Shown here: piece after piece, positions 36,875 to 46,592 of the stretch
How the letters are laid out: every line of letters starts with the position of its first letter
Position numbering within the stretch: position 1 is the first letter of the stretch
NCBI GenBank assembly: GCA_044868145.1
Contig: JBIOWE010000013.1
Location: 6,611-70,610, forward strand
Direction of reading: 5' to 3'
Length of the DNA: 64,000 bases
From: Patescibacteria group bacterium
GTDB taxonomy: Bacteria; Patescibacteriota; Patescibacteriia; UBA10025; JBIOWE01
The notes under the pieces: model-generated
What the model was told of the DNA's origin: nothing
Databases searched by the model: none
Seen by the model: the letters and a program-made list of their open reading frames with translations, nothing else
Translations under genes and position numbers: made by a program

Positions 36875-37741
36875 TTATGCGCGATGGCTACTTCCGACGA
36901 GCCCAATGTTTTTTTCCACCGTCTTTTGCAGCGCAAGAATCGCGGGCCTCATCACTTCGCGCGGATCAAACTCTTCCCTGTTGCGCTCGAGCGTGGTACG
37001 CAGGCTGTTCACGAACGCGAGCTTCAATTCCGTGTTAAAATTCACGATGCGCACGCCAAGCTCAGTGGCTTCGGCAAGTTGCCGACCGGAAAGGCCCGAC
37101 GCTCCATGGAGCACAAGCGGCACATTTGGCAATTTTTTATGAATCGCCGCGAGACGATCAAGATCGAGCTCGGGGTAATTTTTTTGCAGCTTCACGACGC
37201 CGTGAATGTTCCCGATGGCAACGGCAAGCGTATCCACACCCGTTTTTTCGACGAAATCTTTCGCCTCGCCAGGATCGGTCATGAGTGCCTTACGTTCTTC
37301 CGGTGAGATCTCTTCCAGACCTTTCACCTCACCGAGTTCGCCTTGCGCCCACACGTCGTGCCGATGCGCGTAATCAGCCGCTTGCTTCGTCAGAATCAAA
37401 TTCTCGGCGAACGGCAACTCGGAATTATCGATCATGATCGAGGAAAAACCAATGCGAATGCATTCAGCCACGGAACGAAAACTTTTGCCGTGGTCAAGGT
37501 GCAAAGCCACGGGTATGTCGCCGGCTTCATCCGCGCCGAGGACTTCGACGATATTCGTAAGCGCTTTCAACCCAGCGTACTGAATACTCCGTTCGGATAT
37601 TTGCAAAATAACCGGCGAACGCTGCGCCACGGCAGCGCGAATGACTCCCAGGGTCGTTTCAAGATTCTCGATGTTAAACGCGCCAAGGGCATACCCTTGC
37701 TCCGAAGCCGTTTTGACGAGTTGCGCAATACGAACGATCAT
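36875..37741 (-). CDS. fba: class II fructose-bisphosphate aldolase
   Basis: LHLDHG, GNIHG, LVLHGASG. Confidence 0.92.
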   Translation of the reverse strand: MIVRIAQLVKTASEQGYALGAFNIENLETTLGVIRAAVAQRSPVILQISERSIQYAGLKALTNIVEVLGADEAGDIPVALHLDHGKSFRSVAECIRIGFSSIMIDNSELPFAENLILTKQAADYAHRHDVWAQGELGEVKGLEEISPEERKALMTDPGEAKDFVEKTGVDTLAVAIGNIHGVVKLQKNYPELDLDRLAAIHKKLPNVPLVLHGASGLSGRQLAEATELGVRIVNFNTELKLAFVNSLRTTLERNREEFDPREVMRPAILALQKTVEKNIGLVGSSHRA

Positions 37742-38520
37742 GAGGATGATGAAAGGTTAGCGATTGATTGAATAACTGCCGAGAAAGAGTCGGCGCGATG
37801 GCTGGCGCCGCCGACGAGCACGCCGGAGAAAATCTGGCCGTCGACGTATTGAGCCGCGATCTGCCCGTCAACGCTGCCGCCATAGATGAGCGCCATGTTG
37901 TTCATGACGAGCTGCTCAGAAAATAATTCAAAGAGTTGGCTGCGAATTGCATAGCCCGCTTCTGCTGCCTCATCTGGTGCGCAGGCTTGGCCACTGCCAA
38001 TTGCCCAAATAGGTTCATACGCAACGATCACGCGGTTATTCGGACTTATCATTTGCTCCCCAAGAGCCAGGCGGAGTTGGTCAGCGACAACAGCATTCCG
38101 CTTGCCTTGGCGTCGGTGCTCGAACGTTTCCCCAATGCACACAATTGGCACAAGCCCGTTGCGAAGGCAGGCGCTTACTTTACCGGCTACCATGCGGTCC
38201 GTCTCGTGCAGATGCTGCCGGCGCTCCGAGTGGCCCACAATAACATACGATACCCCAAGGTCGCGTAGCATTGGCGCCGAGTACTCTCCGGTAAATGGGC
38301 CTTTGTCCTCCCAAAACACGTTCTGGCCTCCAAGTTTTATTGCGGATTGTTTGAGCGTGGTCCGCACCCGGTCAAGGTAGAGCGGCGAAGGGCAAGCGAT
38401 AACTTCTAAATCGGGTGGCAAGGTACTCGCCATGTTCATCAACGCAGTAGCCAAAGCGACCGTCTGATCGTAATCAAGGTTCATTTTCCAGTTGCCCACG
38501 ATGTATCGGTTTTTCGGCAT
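37738..38520 (-). CDS. tpiA: triosephosphate isomerase
   Basis: GNWKMN, GHSERR, AYEPIWAIG, YGGSV, LVGGAS. Confidence 0.97.
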   Translation of the reverse strand: MPKNRYIVGNWKMNLDYDQTVALATALMNMASTLPPDLEVIACPSPLYLDRVRTTLKQSAIKLGGQNVFWEDKGPFTGEYSAPMLRDLGVSYVIVGHSERRQHLHETDRMVAGKVSACLRNGLVPIVCIGETFEHRRQGKRNAVVADQLRLALGEQMISPNNRVIVAYEPIWAIGSGQACAPDEAAEAGYAIRSQLFELFSEQLVMNNMALIYGGSVDGQIAAQYVDGQIFSGVLVGGASHRADSFSAVIQSIANLSSSS

Positions 38521-38578
38521 AATGACGCTCAATAACTAAGTACAGAATAACAAATTTCTGTTGTTTGTGCCATATCGA

Positions 38579-39523
38579 TCAATACCATTCGTACGTCTGT
38601 CCGAGCCAGGCAAGCAGGGCTTTTGCTTCAGAGAATCGCGCATCGCTCGTCTCGGAATCGAAGAGCGTCACAAGAGCCGACCGATCGCCGGCAACGCGTC
38701 CGCGGAGCGCGAGCGTAAACCCCGCCTCCTCGAGATAGCCGGTTTTTGCGACCGTTTTTCCAAGTTGGGGGTCGTTCAGTAATTGGTTCGTGTTCCGAAT
38801 CGTATGCCGAATATGGCGGCCAACCGTCTCGAACGCGTACGCTTTCGAGCTGAGCGCTTCCATAATCGTTGCATTGCGAAACGCATACCCAGCAAGCTTG
38901 CCATATTCCTTTGCCGTGGATACGTTGCGCGGATCAAGGCCAGTCGGATCAAAGAAGGTCGTATGCAGAAGTCCAAGCTGGCCGGCCTTTTCGTTCATGC
39001 GGTGTACGAACGCGTCGGCGGAAAGTCCGGTACTGCGCACCAACGCGTTCGTGGCGTTGTTCGCGGAACCGACCAACATCGCGGAAAATAAATCTGCCAC
39101 GCGAACAATCTCTCCGGGCGACACAACCAGTCGGCTGCCTGCAGGCGCGCTTTCGTCTTGCCGCACCATGCGGACCTCCTGTTGAAAGTCAGTGCTTTGA
39201 TCGAGCACAACCAACGCGGACATCAATTTCGTTAAGCTGGCGATTGGCACCGCTTTGTCGGCGTCCTTGGACCACAAGACAAGCCCGCTTGCGTCATCGA
39301 TCACCACGCCGGACCGCGCAGTAAGCAGAAACGGCGGGAACACATACAAAGGCTCTCGCCGAATTGGCGAGGACCCGTTAGATATCCGGAAAGGCGGATC
39401 GATCTGATTGTATAAAAAGGAATCAACCGCCGACAATTGTTGTGTTACCGGGAGAGTTAACATATCCGACGGATAGGCCATGTGGTGTACAGTGAAAAGA
39501 AACGCAAGAAGAAGCGACACCAT
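38579..39523 (-). CDS. D-alanyl-D-alanine carboxypeptidase/endopeptidase (S11)
   Basis: SLTK, SAN and KTG motifs. Confidence 0.9.
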   Translation of the reverse strand: MVSLLLAFLFTVHHMAYPSDMLTLPVTQQLSAVDSFLYNQIDPPFRISNGSSPIRREPLYVFPPFLLTARSGVVIDDASGLVLWSKDADKAVPIASLTKLMSALVVLDQSTDFQQEVRMVRQDESAPAGSRLVVSPGEIVRVADLFSAMLVGSANNATNALVRSTGLSADAFVHRMNEKAGQLGLLHTTFFDPTGLDPRNVSTAKEYGKLAGYAFRNATIMEALSSKAYAFETVGRHIRHTIRNTNQLLNDPQLGKTVAKTGYLEEAGFTLALRGRVAGDRSALVTLFDSETSDARFSEAKALLAWLGQTYEWY

Positions 39524-39529
39524 ATGCGC

Positions 39530-40093
39530 TTATTCGATTTTTTGCTGATCTTGCTGACGCTGCGCCAGAAACTTCACGAGACTTTCATCATTTTTCAATC
39601 GATCAAACTCCGGTAATTCTTCCACCCGGTGCACGCCGAGGAATTTCAGAAATTCAAACGTCGCTTCGTATGTCGTTTGCATGCTGTCTTTATGCTCATG
39701 GCTGTCTATCAAGCCGCGAATGAGCAGGTTGCGCAGGATCAAGCTGCAGTTGACGCCCCGAATTTGCTCTAGCTGCATTTTTGTTATGGGCCCGCGATAC
39801 GCGATGATGGTGAGCGTTTCAAGCGCAGGTTTTGTCAGATCACCTGTCTGTTCGCTTTTAATAAAATCCTTCACGATATGACTTGTGTTTGGATTGGTCA
39901 CCATCTGATAGCTTTGGCCGGTCTTCATGATGTGGATGCCCCGTTCTTCAGTATTCCAAGAACCCATCAGCGTTTCCATAGCTTCTTTGACTTGTTGTCG
40001 ATCTACATGCAGAATCTCCGAGAGTTTCTCCTCTGATAGCGGCCTACCAGCGATGAACAAGAGACTTTCCAACAATTGCTTAATATTTTGCAT
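39530..40093 (-). CDS. scpB: SMC-Scp complex subunit ScpB
   Basis: LETLTIIAYRGPIT...IRGVN. Confidence 0.95.
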   Translation of the reverse strand: MQNIKQLLESLLFIAGRPLSEEKLSEILHVDRQQVKEAMETLMGSWNTEERGIHIMKTGQSYQMVTNPNTSHIVKDFIKSEQTGDLTKPALETLTIIAYRGPITKMQLEQIRGVNCSLILRNLLIRGLIDSHEHKDSMQTTYEATFEFLKFLGVHRVEELPEFDRLKNDESLVKFLAQRQQDQQKIE

Positions 40094-40097
40094 GCGT

Positions 40098-40793
40098 TTA
40101 TTGAATTCGTTTAAGAACAATTTCCGAAAAAATACCTTCTTGCGTCACAGCGAGCGTTCGTTGTTTGACAAGCTCAAGCAAGGCGAGGAACGTTACAATC
40201 ACTTCGGTTTTGTTTTTTGATTCTTTCAGCACATTGCGGAAGTTCACGACCGCTTCGCGCTCCATCAAACTGCGGATGTTCTGGATTTTTTCTTGGATCG
40301 AAATGGTTTTTTGCATTACTTCCTGCGCGAGACTGACAAAAGGCTCAATTGAATGGAGCACGCCCAGAAATAATTCACGCATTTTATCGGTCGTGAGATT
40401 ATGCGGCGGGTTGAAAATGCGCTCGATCCGCACGAGCGCTCGATCCCGACTGAACGCGAAATGCCGCCGTAAAATCATTTTGTGCAAAATGCGCGATGCA
40501 TCGTAAAACTCTTTATAGATTTTCAGCTGCTGTTCAAGCGGTACACCCTCTTCCTCATCAAACGTCAGATATGGCAGCATTGCCTTCGACTTGATGTATA
40601 ACAGCTTCGCCGCTACTACGAGGAAATCGGCAAGCTCCTCCATGGGGATATCCTGGGCTTTATTTAAAAACGTCAAATACTGCTCCGTCACTTGCGCGAG
40701 TGAAACGTTCGTAATATCCAACTCCTCTTGCTCAATGAGTTGCAGCAGCAAGTCCAGAGGCCCTTCAAATGTTTCGAGTTTTATTTTGTACAC
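40098..40793 (-). CDS. scpA: segregation/condensation protein A
   Basis: FEGPLDLLLQLI...TFLALLEL. Confidence 0.95.
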   Translation of the reverse strand: MYKIKLETFEGPLDLLLQLIEQEELDITNVSLAQVTEQYLTFLNKAQDIPMEELADFLVVAAKLLYIKSKAMLPYLTFDEEEGVPLEQQLKIYKEFYDASRILHKMILRRHFAFSRDRALVRIERIFNPPHNLTTDKMRELFLGVLHSIEPFVSLAQEVMQKTISIQEKIQNIRSLMEREAVVNFRNVLKESKNKTEVIVTFLALLELVKQRTLAVTQEGIFSEIVLKRIQ

Positions 40794-40869
40794 GATAGGA
40801 AAAGGAAAAAGTAAAATCTAAAAAGGAAAAATGTCGGAAAATTCTTTCTTCATAAACCGTCCTTTGGGA

Positions 40870-41032
40870 GCAGCCACGTGAAAATGGGAGCGAAGAGGAA
40901 CGGTTCCGACCCCGAGCGGAGTCGAGGGGGAGGCCGAGTTCGGGTCAAAAGCGACGATGAGCCCCATTTTCCAGGGTGCGAGCACGGGGCGGCGGATTTT
41001 TTGTGCTACTTTTTTGTCCGCACAAAAAAGTG
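40870..41032. repeat. structured intergenic element with nested hairpins
   Basis: GAAAATGGG...CCCATTTTC arms; ACTTTTTTGT...ACAAAAAAGT hairpin. Confidence 0.5.
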
Positions 41033-41045
41033 GCGAAAATGATGC

Positions 41046-42269
41046 TCAACCTTTCATCTTATTTTTTATATTTTCAAATCGATGCTTTGCCAGCAAGAAG
41101 GTAATTTTTGGAACGGACTTGATTCGGGCTTCTTTGAATGATATGCGCCCGGACAAGAAGTCGAGAAAGTACTGGTGCACCTCTTTGTCGCGCCCGAAGT
41201 GTTTTAGGCCAGTGTCAATAATGCTCGGGTGCTCAAAAATAAAATGCTGCATGCTAAGAAGCGTTTTGAACTCCAAACCAAATTCTTTATGCCACAACTT
41301 CTGATACTCGGCGAGCTCGTGTTCCGAAACGTTATCTTTTTGTATTGCGTCAGCCATTACCTTTCCCGCGAGCTCCCCGGAGGTTAAGGCATAGTAAATG
41401 CCTTCTGCAGTGAGCGGCTGCGGGAATCCAGCCGCGTCTCCGCACAAAAGCACCCGATTCGTATACGTTTTTTTCAAAGGTCCTCCCCATGGTATCGCCC
41501 AAGAACGCATGCCGGTCAAAGGAAATGCTTCTGGCAGTAAATGCTCGCTCTTCAGAAATGCGATATACGCGTCATGCACCTGCTTTAAGGCGGCGTCTTT
41601 GTACGTACTAAGAAATCCTACTCCAACGTTCACGAACTTGCCTTTGGGGAATATCCAACCGTATCCGTGAATGCCGTGAAACGCGAAATGGATGATGATT
41701 TCATCGTTCGGCAAGCCGGTGTCGAATTCGAGCTCTTGCTCGGAAGCGAACGCGTAATGATCTTTCGGCCAGCCGAGGTTCAGGCCTGACGCTTTGGCAA
41801 CCAAGCTGTTAATGCCATCCGCGCCAATAACCGCTTTCGCAGTATATACCTCACCATTTTGTAGAAAAACCGTCGCTTCGTCTTGGGTAATTTTGACTTC
41901 CCGGACGCGTTTTCCAAGAACATGATGCACACCCGCTTGCTTGCAGAGCTCATACATGCCCGCGGAAAAATCCAGTCTGCGCATTAAATAGTAAGAGTCA
42001 TGTGCACCGGCAGCCGTGGCCTTTTGCAGTGCGTGCGAATAGACAGTGATTTTGCGAATCGCGGACCGGCTAACCTTGCGCACGATTGGCGCAAGATAGG
42101 GAAAACGCTCGAGGGCAGCGTATCGCAAGCCGCCACCGCACACCTTGTCTTTGGGCAACTTGTCCGCTTCAATTAGGCAAACCGAAACGCCCGCCTTCGC
42201 AAGATTATACGAAGCGTTCTGACCCGATGGGCCTCCTCCGATTACTAAGACATCGTACGATTTCTCCAT
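41046..42269 (-). CDS. geranylgeranyl reductase-family FAD oxidoreductase
   Basis: GGGPSG, KVCGGG, GADG, GYGWIFP, GDAAG...EGIYYAL. Confidence 0.9.
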   Translation of the reverse strand: MEKSYDVLVIGGGPSGQNASYNLAKAGVSVCLIEADKLPKDKVCGGGLRYAALERFPYLAPIVRKVSRSAIRKITVYSHALQKATAAGAHDSYYLMRRLDFSAGMYELCKQAGVHHVLGKRVREVKITQDEATVFLQNGEVYTAKAVIGADGINSLVAKASGLNLGWPKDHYAFASEQELEFDTGLPNDEIIIHFAFHGIHGYGWIFPKGKFVNVGVGFLSTYKDAALKQVHDAYIAFLKSEHLLPEAFPLTGMRSWAIPWGGPLKKTYTNRVLLCGDAAGFPQPLTAEGIYYALTSGELAGKVMADAIQKDNVSEHELAEYQKLWHKEFGLEFKTLLSMQHFIFEHPSIIDTGLKHFGRDKEVHQYFLDFLSGRISFKEARIKSVPKITFLLAKHRFENIKNKMKG

Positions 42270-42299
42270 AATTCGTAATACGGAATTCGCAATTCGTAA

Positions 42300-42767
42300 T
42301 TACTTTTTCTTGCCGACGTCGCCGGTCTGCGCATTTTCCGATTTAATAAAATCCTTTACTTTCATGCTCACGCTCTCGGTGAAACTGCCCGCCTGGAACA
42401 CCGCCTTTTTCAGTTTAGCGAGCCCCTTATCAACCACAACGTCGAGCTTGTGGACTGAACCGAACGGGGTGATGGCGCCGGGTTTAACCTTCAACTCGGA
42501 CTGCATCTCTTTTTCTTTCGCAATGCCCACTTTCTTCGCCTTCAGCATTTTCTTGAGTTTGCCGAAATCAAGGTTGTAATGGGCCGGGATAAGGACGAGG
42601 TAATGTTTTTTATCAACCTTAACGAGCAGCGTCTTCGCGATTTCCTGCAGCTTTCGCTTCATGGTTTGCGCTGCATCGTACGCCGTGAACACTTTTTTGT
42701 GTTTCAAAATGTCGTACTTGATTTTGTTTTTGTCGAGATGAGACAGAATTTTCTTTGGGATGGCCAT
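42300..42767 (-). CDS. YbaK/EbsC family aminoacyl-tRNA editing protein
   Basis: IAKTLLVK, PGAITPFG. Confidence 0.88.
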   Translation of the reverse strand: MAIPKKILSHLDKNKIKYDILKHKKVFTAYDAAQTMKRKLQEIAKTLLVKVDKKHYLVLIPAHYNLDFGKLKKMLKAKKVGIAKEKEMQSELKVKPGAITPFGSVHKLDVVVDKGLAKLKKAVFQAGSFTESVSMKVKDFIKSENAQTGDVGKKK

Positions 42768-42805
42768 ACATTATAAAATTAAAGATTAAAAATCAAAGAT
42801 CAAAA

Positions 42806-43117
42806 TTAATGTTTTATTCCTTTTAGTTTAAAAAGTGTCAATTGCTTTCCGAGAAGCTTTCGCGCTTCGCGGCGGCCTTTGTTAGTCAATTGGATTTCGT
42901 CAATGAACCATTTGTGCGGCGTGCGGCGACCGTAGCCGATCAAAAGCTCTTTATCAATCATGCGTTCAATGCTTTTGGTAAGCGAGTTTTGCTGATCCTC
43001 GTGAGTTGGAGGCGTTTTTTCCTTTTCGTAAAATTTCAACAGGCTATTCCGCTTAAACCGAGCCTTGTGGCCAAGCGATTCATTGAGAATGTACTTTTGG
43101 AGCAGTGAAAGTCTCAT
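42806..43117 (-). CDS. basic hypothetical protein (winged-helix-like)
   Basis: SIERMIDKELL...LTNKGR. Confidence 0.7.
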   Translation of the reverse strand: MRLSLLQKYILNESLGHKARFKRNSLLKFYEKEKTPPTHEDQQNSLTKSIERMIDKELLIGYGRRTPHKWFIDEIQLTNKGRREARKLLGKQLTLFKLKGIKH

Positions 43118-43202
43118 GCCTACAAATTTACGAATCAATACGAATGCACGAATTTCTTATCATATACTATACGCTATACGCCATAAGCTGACCTTTTGCA
43201 CT

Positions 43203-44609
43203 TTACCTCTTTGCGTCAATTTTGAGGTGTAAATCATGAAGTTGTTGTTCATCCACGGGAGAGGGTGCGCCGGTCATGGGATCGCGGTTGTCCCCCGTCT
43301 TTGGAAATGCCACGACCTCGCGGACGTTTGGCAAGTTCAACAGCACCATAATTAACCGGTCAATACCTGGAGCAATGCCGCCATGCGGAGGCGCGCCATA
43401 GGTAAACGCTTCAAGCATGTGCCCGAACTTCTCACGCGCTTCCTCGCGCTTTATGCCGACGAGTTCAAATATTTTTTCCTGCAGTTCCGGATTCGTGATA
43501 CGAATCGAACCGCCGCCGACTTCATAGCCGTTAAGCACCATGTCGTGCTGCCACGAACGCACTTTGAATGGGTCTTTGTCGAGTATTGGAATATCCTCAT
43601 CCTTCGGCGCTGTAAAGATATGGTGCGCTGGCGCGTAATGTCCTTCTTCCTTCTTTGGCTCAAACAACGGCCAATTCACAACAAAACAAAAGCCAAGTTC
43701 GTTCGGATCGTTTTTATTCTTTCGGATGTCCGGCTTGTCCGAACCATATTGTTTCATGGCTTCGTCATAGTCAATACGAGGCCAGGGCTTGTGCGTAAAT
43801 CTCTTTTCCGGGGTGAGCGTTTCAACGAGTTTCGTAAACAAGGCTTCCGTGAGCTTGAGTAAATCGTCTTGCGTTACAAACGACATCTCAAGGTCCAATT
43901 GATAGAATTGATCTGGCGCTCGATCAGACCGCGAGTCCTCGTCCCGAAAGCACGGCGCGATTTGGAAATATTTTTCAAAGCCGGCGACCATCAGCAACTG
44001 CTTATATTGCTGCGGCGACTGTGGCAGCGCGTAAAACTTTCCAGGGTAGACACGTGACGGCACCAAGTAATCCCGCGCGCCTTCCGGCGTGGACTTCCCG
44101 AGAATGGGGGTCTCTATTTCAATGAACCCTTCGTTATGTAATTGCTCGCGGATGAACGTATTCACCTTGTCGCGAAAAATAATCATGTGTCGATTTTTCT
44201 CGCGGCGCAAATCGAGATAACGATATTTCAAACGCAGTTCCTCCGACTCCTTGCCCTTTTCCGTGGCAACAATTTCAAACGGCGGCGTTTTTGATTCGCT
44301 AAAAATTTTCAGTGATTCGGCTTTCACTTCCACGGTGCCAGTCGGAATTTCCTTATTCACCATATTCTCCGGCCGCTTTTGCACTGTGCCAACCACTTCA
44401 ATGCAAAACTCCGGTCGCAATTTCTGCGCCATCTCGAGGAGTTCTTTATTGCCCGACGCGAACACCACCTGCACGATTCCTGAAATATCGCGCAAGTCAA
44501 TAAACACGACCTTGCCCATGCGTCGCGTTGCATTCACCCAGCCGTCAAGGCGGACGGATTGGTCGGTTTTTTTGGTTGTGTGAAGCGTGAGTGTTCTTTG
44601 CATATTCAT
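43203..44609 (-). CDS. aspS: aspartate--tRNA ligase, compact bacterial type lacking the GAD insertion
   Basis: RLKYRYLDLRR, PEGARDYLVP, LPQSPQ, FRDEDSRSDR, PPHGGIAPGIDR. Confidence 0.95.
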   Translation of the reverse strand: MNMQRTLTLHTTKKTDQSVRLDGWVNATRRMGKVVFIDLRDISGIVQVVFASGNKELLEMAQKLRPEFCIEVVGTVQKRPENMVNKEIPTGTVEVKAESLKIFSESKTPPFEIVATEKGKESEELRLKYRYLDLRREKNRHMIIFRDKVNTFIREQLHNEGFIEIETPILGKSTPEGARDYLVPSRVYPGKFYALPQSPQQYKQLLMVAGFEKYFQIAPCFRDEDSRSDRAPDQFYQLDLEMSFVTQDDLLKLTEALFTKLVETLTPEKRFTHKPWPRIDYDEAMKQYGSDKPDIRKNKNDPNELGFCFVVNWPLFEPKKEEGHYAPAHHIFTAPKDEDIPILDKDPFKVRSWQHDMVLNGYEVGGGSIRITNPELQEKIFELVGIKREEAREKFGHMLEAFTYGAPPHGGIAPGIDRLIMVLLNLPNVREVVAFPKTGDNRDPMTGAPSPVDEQQLHDLHLKIDAKR

Positions 44610-44613
44610 CCGC

Positions 44614-44676
44614 TGGGTAGCCAGGGTCCCTTGACCCTGGCGGTGATCGGCGAGGTCAAGGGACCTCGCCTACCCA
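44614..44676. repeat. REPIN-like doublet of GTAG-type REP hairpins
   Basis: GGGTAG-CCAGGGTC-cctt-GACCCTGG and the inverted GGGTAG-GCGAGGTC-cctt-GACCTCGC. Confidence 0.7.
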
Positions 44677-44682
44677 CGTTTT

Positions 44683-45687
44683 TTAATCCGTGAATTGGAA
44701 GGTGGAGAGGATTGTTTGCTCGGTTTCGCCCAATTGTTTATCTCCGATAAACTCCAAACCAAGGAGCTTTGATCTGTGCTGTACTACGTAAGCAACTGTA
44801 TCTGCACCGCATGAGGGTCCGTCGCAGTATCGGTAAACGAACTTCTTACCGCTCCTTCCACCAAGGGTAATGTCCCCAACAGGGGCGGTATCAAACCATG
44901 TCGTCAAAGAGCCGTCGCGGAATCGTATGTCTACCACAGACTTATTATCGGCTGTTTGGAAAAAAACACTTTCACCATCTCTCAGCGACCAATCGGCCGG
45001 ATATAGAAGTGAATAACCAACTGCTCCGTTCTTATACGTCTTCCACCCCGTCGTATCGTCGAGGAATTGGAAGGTGGAGAGAATTTGGTTAAAAATTGAA
45101 GTGTAGCTGTCCTTTTTTTCATCTTCAGGGATGTATTGTACAATGCTTATTAGCTTTTTGTTAAAAATTACGTATACGACATTAGTATAATTCGAAAGTG
45201 GCCCCGTCTTAGAACGTCTAACGGCTGGAATGCTATCAAGTGTTATATCCGTTTCAGAAAGAATACTGGATTGAGCATCCTTTGATCCGACTGCCTCCTT
45301 TAATGAAGTTGCTTGGCTATCTTCATAATAGATTTCTATCTTGGTGCCCATCATTAGTTCTGTTTGATTGGCAGCTCGCTCGTCAAAAAACTGCGCTGGA
45401 TTTTCCGTGCTAGTAATGCCACTAGTAATACCAGTTAACCATTCCGATGGATATCGTATTGAATACCCACCCGCACTATTCGTATACGTCTTCCACCCCG
45501 CGGTGTCGTCGGCCGTGGTATTCGTGTTGGCTGCCGTATTGGTGTTCGTAACGACTTGGCTCGTATTCGTATTCCCTGCCGGCGTTTTTGGCAGGAGCAA
45601 CGTGTACCACACCGCGCCGACGATGACCACGCCGACAACTAAGAGAATGATGATGGGAACGACTGCGACGCCTTTTTGGTTAAACAC
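44683..45687 (-). CDS. surface protein with prepilin-like leader, N/T-rich linker and two PsbP-like domains
   Basis: NQKG|VAVVP leader; two copies of DDTxGWKTY...YP..W...ILSTFQF. Confidence 0.85.
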   Translation of the reverse strand: MFNQKGVAVVPIIILLVVGVVIVGAVWYTLLLPKTPAGNTNTSQVVTNTNTAANTNTTADDTAGWKTYTNSAGGYSIRYPSEWLTGITSGITSTENPAQFFDERAANQTELMMGTKIEIYYEDSQATSLKEAVGSKDAQSSILSETDITLDSIPAVRRSKTGPLSNYTNVVYVIFNKKLISIVQYIPEDEKKDSYTSIFNQILSTFQFLDDTTGWKTYKNGAVGYSLLYPADWSLRDGESVFFQTADNKSVVDIRFRDGSLTTWFDTAPVGDITLGGRSGKKFVYRYCDGPSCGADTVAYVVQHRSKLLGLEFIGDKQLGETEQTILSTFQFTD

Positions 45688-45699
45688 AAGGTTGTTCAG

Positions 45700-45873
45700 C
45701 TAATAATAATTAAGGGGTTGAGTGCTGATGATACGCACCGCATACGGTGGCGGGAGGATTTCTTGCGCCATGGCGCGCACGGTTGACGTGTAGAGCAAAA
45801 CGGAAATCGTCGCTTCAAAAAGAATGAGAACAATGCCAACGCTCGACGGAATTTTTGCTTGAAGTACGTTCAT
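45700..45873 (-). CDS. 57-aa single-TM protein (not in ORF track)
   Basis: Manual translation MNVLQAKIPSSVGIVLILFEATISVLLY...; fills the gap in the operon. Confidence 0.65.
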   Translation of the reverse strand: MNVLQAKIPSSVGIVLILFEATISVLLYTSTVRAMAQEILPPPYAVRIISTQPLNYY

Positions 45874-45880
45874 ACGCTCA

Positions 45881-46057
45881 TTACTTCTGCGCCTCGATGG
45901 GCGTTTTGATAATATTGATGTACTGCGGCTTAATGTCCCGTTGCATTTTTTGGAGAGAGTTCATGAGCAACAATAAGGCCACGGCAATCTCTGCAACGAG
46001 AATGAGAGCACCCAGAACGGTTGGCACTCTACTCCCGCGATATAGTATATCATTCAT
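45881..46057 (-). CDS. 58-aa single-TM protein, probable paralog of its neighbour (not in ORF track)
   Basis: Manual translation MNDILYRGSRVPTVLGALILVAEIAVALLLL... Confidence 0.65.
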   Translation of the reverse strand: MNDILYRGSRVPTVLGALILVAEIAVALLLLMNSLQKMQRDIKPQYINIIKTPIEAQK

Positions 46058-46114
46058 AATGAATTAAGAATTGCGAATTGCGAATTAAGAATTTTGACCT
46101 TCGACTGTGAACTG

Positions 46115-46543
46115 TTAACTTGCGACGGTGCACATGCGAATGATAATGCCCGCACCTCCCGCGTAAAATGTCGTGGGCGTGCAGACTGGCGCATCACTTG
46201 GGCAATCGCTATCGGTTTGACAGCGCTGGTGGCATCGGTGGTCCCCAAGTTCCTGTCCGCACGTTTGACCGTTCACGTTCGCATTACAATCGCGCGTGGC
46301 ATAGCACACGGCATTGGCGCTGCAATCGGCGTCCGTATAGCAAACGCCGCTTGACGCGGTGGCGTTCGTATTCGCGACAGCATTCACGTTGATCACACGA
46401 CCGAGGTTGAACGCTTCCGGCACATTGGCAAGCGCCGGATTCTCGATCCAATAATGATACAAGGTGCCAAACACGCCGAGCGCCACGACGGACATAAAGA
46501 GCAAAATCACCAAACCGCGAATTGTCGAAATGCCTTTATTCAT
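46115..46543 (-). CDS. Cys-rich surface protein with prepilin-like leader
   Basis: MNKG|ISTI followed by TM; two CxTDxDC repeats; about 10 Cys. Confidence 0.75.
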   Translation of the reverse strand: MNKGISTIRGLVILLFMSVVALGVFGTLYHYWIENPALANVPEAFNLGRVINVNAVANTNATASSGVCYTDADCSANAVCYATRDCNANVNGQTCGQELGDHRCHQRCQTDSDCPSDAPVCTPTTFYAGGAGIIIRMCTVAS

Positions 46544-46592
46544 CTTATGGTCGCAAACGATTTAAAAGTCTAATCCTTCCCTAACATTCTTG

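Noticed and set aside
43203-44609. aspS as a truncated pseudogene
   Set aside because: All class II motifs and the C-terminus are intact. Only the dispensable GAD insertion is missing.
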